Below are positions 57,501-64,000 of a stretch of DNA of 64,000 nt, piece by piece. This stretch comes from Hyalangium minutum (GTDB taxonomy: Bacteria > Myxococcota > Myxococcia > Myxococcales > Myxococcaceae), in NCBI RefSeq assembly GCF_000737315.1, contig NZ_JMCB01000019.1, positions 62,001 through 126,000 on the forward strand. The letters are read 5' to 3'. A model generated the notes under the pieces. That model was not told the DNA's origin, searched no databases, and worked only from the letters and a program-made list of their open reading frames with translations. The position numbers were made by a program, and so were the translations under genes. Within the stretch, counting starts at the first letter, position 1, and each line of letters starts with the position of its first letter.

Positions 57501-58308
57501 GCGGCGGCCGGGTCAGGTGGTCCGCCAGAAGGGCGGCGGGGCTCTGGCGCTTGAAGGGCAGCCGGCGCGTGGCGAGGAAGTAGGCCATCACGCCCAACGA
57601 GTACAGGTCCGCGCGCCCGTCGATGTTGGCGCCGCGCTGCCACTCGGGGGCCATGTACTCCAGCGTGCCCTTGAGCTTGCCAGGGCTCGGCGTGCCCAGC
57701 TGGTGCATCACGCCGAAGTCCATCAACTTGATGGTGCCATCCTCCATGAAGCGCACGTTGCTGGCCTTGATGTCGCAGTGGACGTAGAGGCGCGCATGGA
57801 TGAAGGCCAGCACCTGGGCCATCTGGATCAGGATGCGGTAGAGCGTCAGTGTGTCGAGCGGCTGCCCCCGGGCCACCGAGCTCAAGTCCTGCCCACCCAC
57901 CACCTCCATGGTGATGAAGCGGTTACCGGCCTCGGTCATCCCGCAGTCGAAGACCTTGAGGGTGCCGGGGTGCTGCAGCTTCGTCATGGCGTAGAACTCG
58001 TGCCGGAACATCAGCACCAGCTCCTCCACCTTGGACGGGCTGAGGCCCTCGGGGACCTGCATCTCCTTGAGGGCCACCTGGCGCAGTTCCTGGAGGTCCT
58101 CCGCGAGCCAGATGCGGCCCATACCGCCCTCGCCCAGCACCCGCTCGATCTGGTAGCGGCCCTGGACCAGGGTGCCCGGCAGCAGCGAGCGGCGATCCGT
58201 CTGGCGCAGGTTCGGCACCGACACCGGCGTACGCGGCTCCTCCATCAGTGCGCTCGACGACGGGCGGCTGCGCTCGTCGAGGACTGAAGTCTTGTCTTCG
58301 TCGCTCAT
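54589..58308 (-). CDS. Ser/Thr kinase fused to an AAA/NTPase domain and helical repeats
   Basis: GEGGMG, VALK, HCDIKASN, DFG, GTLEYMAPE. VVGRE..L, Walker A GAPAGVGKS, Walker B CFEDLQWAD, GNAFF. No TM seen. Confidence 0.92.
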   Translation of the reverse strand: MSDEDKTSVLDERSRPSSSALMEEPRTPVSVPNLRQTDRRSLLPGTLVQGRYQIERVLGEGGMGRIWLAEDLQELRQVALKEMQVPEGLSPSKVEELVLMFRHEFYAMTKLQHPGTLKVFDCGMTEAGNRFITMEVVGGQDLSSVARGQPLDTLTLYRILIQMAQVLAFIHARLYVHCDIKASNVRFMEDGTIKLMDFGVMHQLGTPSPGKLKGTLEYMAPEWQRGANIDGRADLYSLGVMAYFLATRRLPFKRQSPAALLADHLTRPPPKPSTICPVDPALEEIILLLMAKDPRDRYQNAGELLEALCQASGEPLPEEPLSARASYLHVPEVVGREAELEHLMNSLAEADWGQSQAVLIGAPAGVGKSRLLQEFELQAKLAEIVFGMGQCRAEGLAPLAPLTQALRSLVPLTPPELAERVAPLLGRLVPALSSKTAPVPTFSDAGAERIAIFGALTEWLQALADRHTFVLCFEDLQWADSSSLEVLNVIIRALSRSRGMVVGSYRSDALSRLSLAFQTVDEGLSHRMDLAPLTSEHVQTLVQLALPGLQVPEGFVTGLHSITEGNAFFATECLRALVEEGALRRLGGRWMADGNLAKRKLPVTIEDTVLARLKAAPPDRVSLLRRLAPAGRSLELPMVRALAGMIEVDLFQALDDIVARQFLQLIEGRYVFTHDTVHQAIYDSTPEQMRRAYHGRVAEVLQGFRHDNPNMDRMVGYHFARSTQPRRAIEPLMRAGQAAIGSQALLDATLLLKEAAELLEQEPRTPERVGQIIRTWATLIEVGYTSDPPTALVYAHKLFQHWADTVDLEAGRQEALEQLDAARTAPPAEHAEALRQVFREIPISAHMTPVEVFWKKAELQILQGIAMAIMGRTGDFQLLLERVEREHPVDSPFRAGVFIGRGALSSHTGHFAGVLKAQREQVERLRAFRASVERPSPRLAWALGMGCYFLNMLRGLRGEPLDADATRDGFEVAETFGFTDIRIYHLFTQIVRASFTGDAVALIPVLIEKQELIRRLGNPRLPERNLAIYTPPYYLERGELEQVEAVLARGQTLAEVLPGDLWLQRYVQVYQACRDVLANDVAAARESLPRALEVARTDEFRMETLVRVYQSRFERSQGNEAVAREAAEAALTRALDPVLENPFDEILARRALAPLVPVDEGLAHLAQALARAEETRNVLQVGLVHFALAELWFARSSLEASRALDAAEKAFQAARSPFWLTRVATLREDVLSQLGLKTG

Positions 58309-58728
58309 CGGGAGCCGTGGCGTAGGGACAGGCACGGAGGGGGGCGTCGGACAGGGGGCAGTAGTCGCTTTCAGTGTATCCTACACATTCTGCTCAAGCG
58401 GGCTTTGCGGATCCAGTCCTACCTGGTGTGTAGGGTCGAGGGAGGACGGGGGAGATCCACTGAAGCCCCATTGACAGCCCCGCAGCTTCCTTGAGTCGGC
58501 GTGGTTGGCGCAAGCACCCCCGTCCGCCCTCCTGGGTCAGCCCCGGCGCCTCAGGCGGCCGCTGCGCAGGGAGCCCTGCTGCCAGGGGAGGAGGCGTAGC
58601 TCCGGCCTTCTTCCCTGGGGCCTGACGTGAACACCGGTCTCCTCCCAGCCTGCGTCGCTCCTGGGGAAGCTCCCGTTCGCGATGTGTGCCTCGATGGGAG
58701 GGCTCCCCACGGCCAGGCCGCTGGCCTC

Positions 58729-58784
58729 CTGTTCGGAAATGTCGGGGGTTTTGAGCTCGAAAAAGTCCCGACATTTCCGAACAG
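58729..58784. repeat. Long inverted repeat with perfect 18-bp arms
   Basis: CTGTTCGGAAATGTCGGG (58729-58746) / CCCGACATTTCCGAACAG (58767-58784). Inner TTTT-GAGCTC-GAAAAA. Confidence 0.85.
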
Positions 58785-58833
58785 TCATACACGCGGGGCG
58801 TCTCTCGCCTCGCCTGCCCCAGCGGCCTCCGCT

Positions 58834-59895
58834 TCAGTGCTGGTGCCGGTGGTGGAGATCCGACACGTGCGGATGATCATGGGTGATGGGCACGTGCCGA
58901 TGCGGGTGGCTGTGGGGCTCGGAGACCCGAGTCATTCCCGGATGCTCGTGCTGGTGGTGCGCGTCGTGGACGTGCAGGTGCTCGTGCTCCAGGGCCGTGT
59001 GCGTGTGGACGTGGACGTGGCGCTCGCGCAGGAGCAGGAGGACACCCGCAGCCATCAGCGCGCCCGCGACCCACTCCAGGACTTGGAACCGCTCGTCCAG
59101 CAAGGGCACGGCCACCAGGGCCCCAACAAAAGGAGCCGTAGCGAAGTAGGCGGCCTCGCGCGCGGCTCCGAGCAGGCGCAGGGCGTGAGTGTCGAGCACG
59201 ATGCTCAGGCCATAACTGCCCAGGCCCAGAACGAGCGCGGCGGCGATCACCGGTGCGGGAGGCCAGGATTGTCCGGTCAGCAAGGCAAGAACGAGCGTGC
59301 ACGCGCCAGCGCCCAGTGCTTTCACCCGTACGAGCGCCACCGGATCCTTGAGGGAAAGCCGCTGGGTCAGGTTGTTGTCCACGGCCCAGGCCAGACACGC
59401 ACCCGCCAGGCACAGCGCCCCGAGCGCATCCCCATGAACCTCTCCCGCCTCGACGCCCAGCACCACCGCCCCGCTGAAGATGAAGCCTGCGGCGAGCAGG
59501 CCCGAGCGCCCCAGGTGCTCGCCGAAGACGAGGAGCGCCAGCAACAGCGTGAGCGGCCCCTCCAGGTTGAGCATCAGTGATGCCGCCACTCCAGACAGCC
59601 GTCCGAGCCCCGTCAGCATCAGCACCGGCCCCAGCACTCCGCCGCACAGGATGATGCCCGCCAGCAGTGGCACGTCCTTGCGCCCCAACGGGGCCTCACG
59701 GCTCGAAGTGCCGGACCGCCGCCGGAGCAAGCCCAGAGCGGAGAGCCCCAGCCCACTGCCCAAGTAGAGGAGCGACGCCAGCACCAGGGGCCCGCTGGAC
59801 GGAAGGAGCCGCTTGGCCACGGGAGCGCTGACACCGAAAAGCGCAGCTGCTCCCAGCCCCATGAGCGCCCCTCTCACGCGTGGCGACACCGCCAT
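58834..59895 (-). CDS. EamA/DMT transporter with a His-rich C-terminal tail
   Basis: About 10 TMs, ASL.LNLEG, WAVDNNLTQ, GAAREAAYFATAPFVG. 23 His in the last 61 residues. Confidence 0.9.
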   Translation of the reverse strand: MAVSPRVRGALMGLGAAALFGVSAPVAKRLLPSSGPLVLASLLYLGSGLGLSALGLLRRRSGTSSREAPLGRKDVPLLAGIILCGGVLGPVLMLTGLGRLSGVAASLMLNLEGPLTLLLALLVFGEHLGRSGLLAAGFIFSGAVVLGVEAGEVHGDALGALCLAGACLAWAVDNNLTQRLSLKDPVALVRVKALGAGACTLVLALLTGQSWPPAPVIAAALVLGLGSYGLSIVLDTHALRLLGAAREAAYFATAPFVGALVAVPLLDERFQVLEWVAGALMAAGVLLLLRERHVHVHTHTALEHEHLHVHDAHHQHEHPGMTRVSEPHSHPHRHVPITHDHPHVSDLHHRHQH

Positions 59896-60009
59896 CGTTC
59901 CCTCCTGTCGGGGTGGTGGGCAGCCCGCTCCACCCCACGGTCATGAAGCAGTCTAAGCCGCGAACTTGAAGCGAGTGGGCTCAGCCCTGCACCTCACGGA
60001 GACAGCGCC

Positions 60010-60336
60010 ATGGCCAACAACAAGAAGGACACCCCTCGGGACATCGGAGACGACCAGCAGGCCGCCATGCTGCCCAGGGAGAACTTCCAGCCGCGCAAGC
60101 GAGGCGAAGTGGCGAATGCGCTGGATGAAGGCGCCCGGCAGGTGAGCCGCCGGCTCGCGTCGGATGACGACACCGTCTCGACAGACCCCATCAAGCAGAC
60201 TTCCTGGGAAGACCGCGTCGAGCGCGGCAAGGAATGGACCGAAGAGCACGTCCCCGAGCGCGAGGCCCGAGGCGACGAAGAGCCGAACTCCGAGGTTTCC
60301 CGCCGAGGTCTGGTGAATCCGCCCCCTGAGGAGTGA
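60010..60336 (+). CDS. Small acidic hypothetical protein
   Basis: GGAG plus ATG, 108 aa, hydrophilic. Confidence 0.65.
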   Translation: MANNKKDTPRDIGDDQQAAMLPRENFQPRKRGEVANALDEGARQVSRRLASDDDTVSTDPIKQTSWEDRVERGKEWTEEHVPEREARGDEEPNSEVSRRGLVNPPPEE

Positions 60337-60515
60337 CGCACTCCGAGACCTACATGGGACAGCGCTCAGTGTCCCCACCACGGCTCAGTATGGGTCTGGG
60401 TGGACCCGAGCCTTCCCATCCTGCGCGGGGAGTGCTTTTGTCCTCCAGTGCACACCGTGCTGGGTTGCGGTCTCCTAGCGCGTGCTGTGTGGCCGTTCGA
60501 GGGAGAGCCATCGCC

Positions 60516-60920
60516 GTGAAGCCTCAGCTGCTCATCGTAGAGAACACCCGGACCATGCGCGAGACGCTGCGCCTGCTGTTGTCCGGAGAGTTCGACTGCA
60601 CCGTGGCCGAGAGCGGCGAGGCTGGACTGGCGAAGATGCTGGAGCGCCCGCCGGACCTGCTGCTGTCGGACGTGAACATGGACGGCATGGACGGCTACGC
60701 ACTGTGCCATCGGGTCCGCACCGAGCCTCGGCTGAAGCACATCCAGGTGGCCTTCCTCAGCGGCTATCCGCCCCGGCTGGGGGAGCCCGCCCTGGCGCAG
60801 CCGGACATCTACCTGCTGAAGCCGGCCAAGCCCCCCGAGCTCATCGCCAAGCTCCACGCGCTGCTGCGGCAGCGTCCTCCGGCGGACAGCTCGCTGGTCG
60901 AGCTCACCCCCGAGGGCTGA
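60516..60920 (+). CDS. Single-domain response regulator (REC)
   Basis: LLIVEN, LLLSDVNMDGMDG, FLSG, LLKP. GTG 60516 after GGGAGAG. Confidence 0.88.
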   Translation: MKPQLLIVENTRTMRETLRLLLSGEFDCTVAESGEAGLAKMLERPPDLLLSDVNMDGMDGYALCHRVRTEPRLKHIQVAFLSGYPPRLGEPALAQPDIYLLKPAKPPELIAKLHALLRQRPPADSSLVELTPEG

Positions 60921-61033
60921 CGCACCCGGTCAACGGGCTGTCACGCAGGGAAAACCGAGGCCACTTCCGCGGGCCAGCTTGGGGATAAAGGGCTATATGC
61001 TCCGCGGCCCTTTTCCCGAACCCGAGGTCCCGC

Positions 61034-62671
<1,638 letters not shown>

Positions 62672-62683
62672 GAGGTCCACGCC

Positions 62684-63526
62684 ATGCCGTTCCAGGGACT
62701 CGGAGGGCTGGAGACATACGTGCTCGAGGATGGGGAGGCCCGGGTGGAGGTCATCCCCAGCCGAGGGGCGCTCGTCACGCGCATGAACGTGGGCGGGGAC
62801 GAGCTGCTCTACCTGGACGAGAGCACGGTGGTGGACCTGTCGAAGAACGTGCGCGGGGGGATTCCGGTGCTGTTCCCCATCGCGGGGAAGCTGCCGGGGG
62901 ACACGTACCCGGTGGGACGGCAGGCGTACTCGATGACGCAGCACGGGTTCGCCCGGAGGCTGCCGTGGACGGTGCGGCAGGCGGAGCGGGAGATGTTGGT
63001 GCTGGGGCTGAGCGCCACGGAGGAGACGCTGCGACAGTTCCCGTGGCGCTTCGACGCGCAGCTCACGCTGTCGCTAGACGGACCGCAGCTCACGTTGGAC
63101 TTCGACGTGGAGAACCGGGACGAGCGCCCGCTGCCGGTGCACCTGGGGTTCCACCCGTACTTCCACGTGCTGGACATGGTGAAAGCCGCGGCGAGCGTGG
63201 CCACGGATGCGACGAAGGCGTGGGACAACCGTCAAGGGAAGGTGGTGCCCTTCAGAGGGCTGAACCTGACGGCGCCCGAGGTGGACTTGCACCTGCTGGA
63301 CCACTCGGAGGCAGGGACGACACTGCACCGAGGCTTGGGACGGAGGCCGGTGAAGCTCACGTGGAGCATCGAGTTCCAGCGGATGGTGGTGTGGACACTG
63401 CAGGGGAAGGACTTCGTCTGCGTGGAGCCGTGGACGGCGTCCGCAGGAGCTCTGGCCACGGGCGAGGGACTGCTCCACGTGGCCCCGGGCGAGCGCTTCT
63501 CGCTCATCTTCGGCATCGGCGCCTGA
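62684..63526 (+). CDS. Aldose 1-epimerase/galactose mutarotase-like protein
   Basis: RGGIPVLFP, QHGFAR, GFHPYF, FVCVEPWT. Confidence 0.9.
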   Translation: MPFQGLGGLETYVLEDGEARVEVIPSRGALVTRMNVGGDELLYLDESTVVDLSKNVRGGIPVLFPIAGKLPGDTYPVGRQAYSMTQHGFARRLPWTVRQAEREMLVLGLSATEETLRQFPWRFDAQLTLSLDGPQLTLDFDVENRDERPLPVHLGFHPYFHVLDMVKAAASVATDATKAWDNRQGKVVPFRGLNLTAPEVDLHLLDHSEAGTTLHRGLGRRPVKLTWSIEFQRMVVWTLQGKDFVCVEPWTASAGALATGEGLLHVAPGERFSLIFGIGA

Positions 63527-63543
63527 GCAAGAAAGGGTACCCT

Positions 63544-63858
63544 ATGGGCAACTGGCTCCCCCAGCTCACCTTCATTGAGGATCCGATCGCCGACGACTTC
63601 TGGTCGTACGAGAACGACGATGGGGTTCAGCATATTGCGAGAGTGACGATCGGCCGCCCCGCCCCCATCCCCAACGATCCACAGGGCAACTGGTACTGCC
63701 CCCTGTGCATCCAGCACAGGGAGACTCAGTCGGAGATCCTGTGCCGGGTGGGCGTCGGGCCCGTCGATGCCCTGGTGAACGCCACGCGGGTCGCGTCGGA
63801 CCACTTCCACGAGCTGCGCAAGGTCAGCCCTCGCGCGCAACCTGTCAAACGCCCATGA
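63544..63858 (+). CDS. Small hypothetical protein (DUF6968-like from recall)
   Basis: ATG 63544. VTIGRP.P..GNWYCP..I..GVGPVDAL..A pattern. Confidence 0.65.
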   Translation: MGNWLPQLTFIEDPIADDFWSYENDDGVQHIARVTIGRPAPIPNDPQGNWYCPLCIQHRETQSEILCRVGVGPVDALVNATRVASDHFHELRKVSPRAQPVKRP

Positions 63859-63867
63859 AGGTGGTTC

Positions 63868-64000
63868 CTACGACGCCCCCTCCATCTTCTCGAGTTCGCC
63901 TTCGGCAATCTCTCGATACAAGGGGACGACCTCCACACTCAGCAGGTCGCGCATCTGCTGGCGCGCCTCATCGAGCTTCCCTTGCTCCTGAAGGCGGTAC
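63868..64000 (-). CDS. DUSAM-like myxobacterial paralog family protein, 3' end only
   Basis: Translated by hand: YRLQEQGKLDEARQQMRDLLSVEVVPLYREIAEGELEKMEGAS* (TAG at 63868-63870). Not in the ORF track. Confidence 0.75.
   Translation of the reverse strand, partial: YRLQEQGKLDEARQQMRDLLSVEVVPLYREIAEGELEKMEGAS

Noticed and set aside
58394-58792. ORFs in the 58.4-58.8 kb gap
   Set aside because: No recognisable motifs, weak codon bias, and they overlap the long inverted repeat.
60516-60920. Pseudo-receiver (EN instead of DD in the acidic pocket)
   Set aside because: The phospho-acceptor Asp, Ser and Lys are retained, and E-N variants occur in functional receivers.

Overview
High-GC myxobacterial chromosomal DNA (Cystobacterineae-like, inferred from the gene families and GC-rich codon use). 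It holds about 55 protein-coding genes. I saw no rRNA, tRNA, CRISPR array, prophage, IS element or reverse transcriptase. Housekeeping and metabolic genes: GNAT, endonuclease V-like, neutral ceramidase, SodC, a DUF4159 protein with a membrane/GATase-like partner, an RpoH-like sigma factor, a DEAD-box helicase, glutamate dehydrogenase, threonine dehydratase, MFS, thiolase, P5C dehydrogenase and aldose epimerase. These are interleaved with accessory genes: three Ser/Thr kinases, an Rpn/YhgA-like nuclease, Uma2, an orphan N6-MTase, many lipoproteins and a deleted histidine kinase. Most notable: (1) an Rpn gene with a strong internal Shine-Dalgarno plus in-frame ATG that would give a nested 81-aa C-terminal protein (RpnS-like antitoxin), behind a sigma54-type promoter; (2) a translationally coupled lipoprotein/cytoplasmic-partner pair at 39637-41153 organised like myxobacterial sitA/sitI toxin-immunity loci but with a hydrophobic C-terminus instead of a recognisable nuclease; (3) a XylR-type activator divergent from a sigma54 promoter driving a DODA dioxygenase (with a twin-arginine-like leader) and YceI; (4) an orphan MTase with a Type ISP-like C-terminus; (5) a stand-alone ketosynthase with a ~100-aa insertion; (6) several perfect palindromes and tandem hairpin repeats. 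All family names come from motif recognition and recall, not from database searches.
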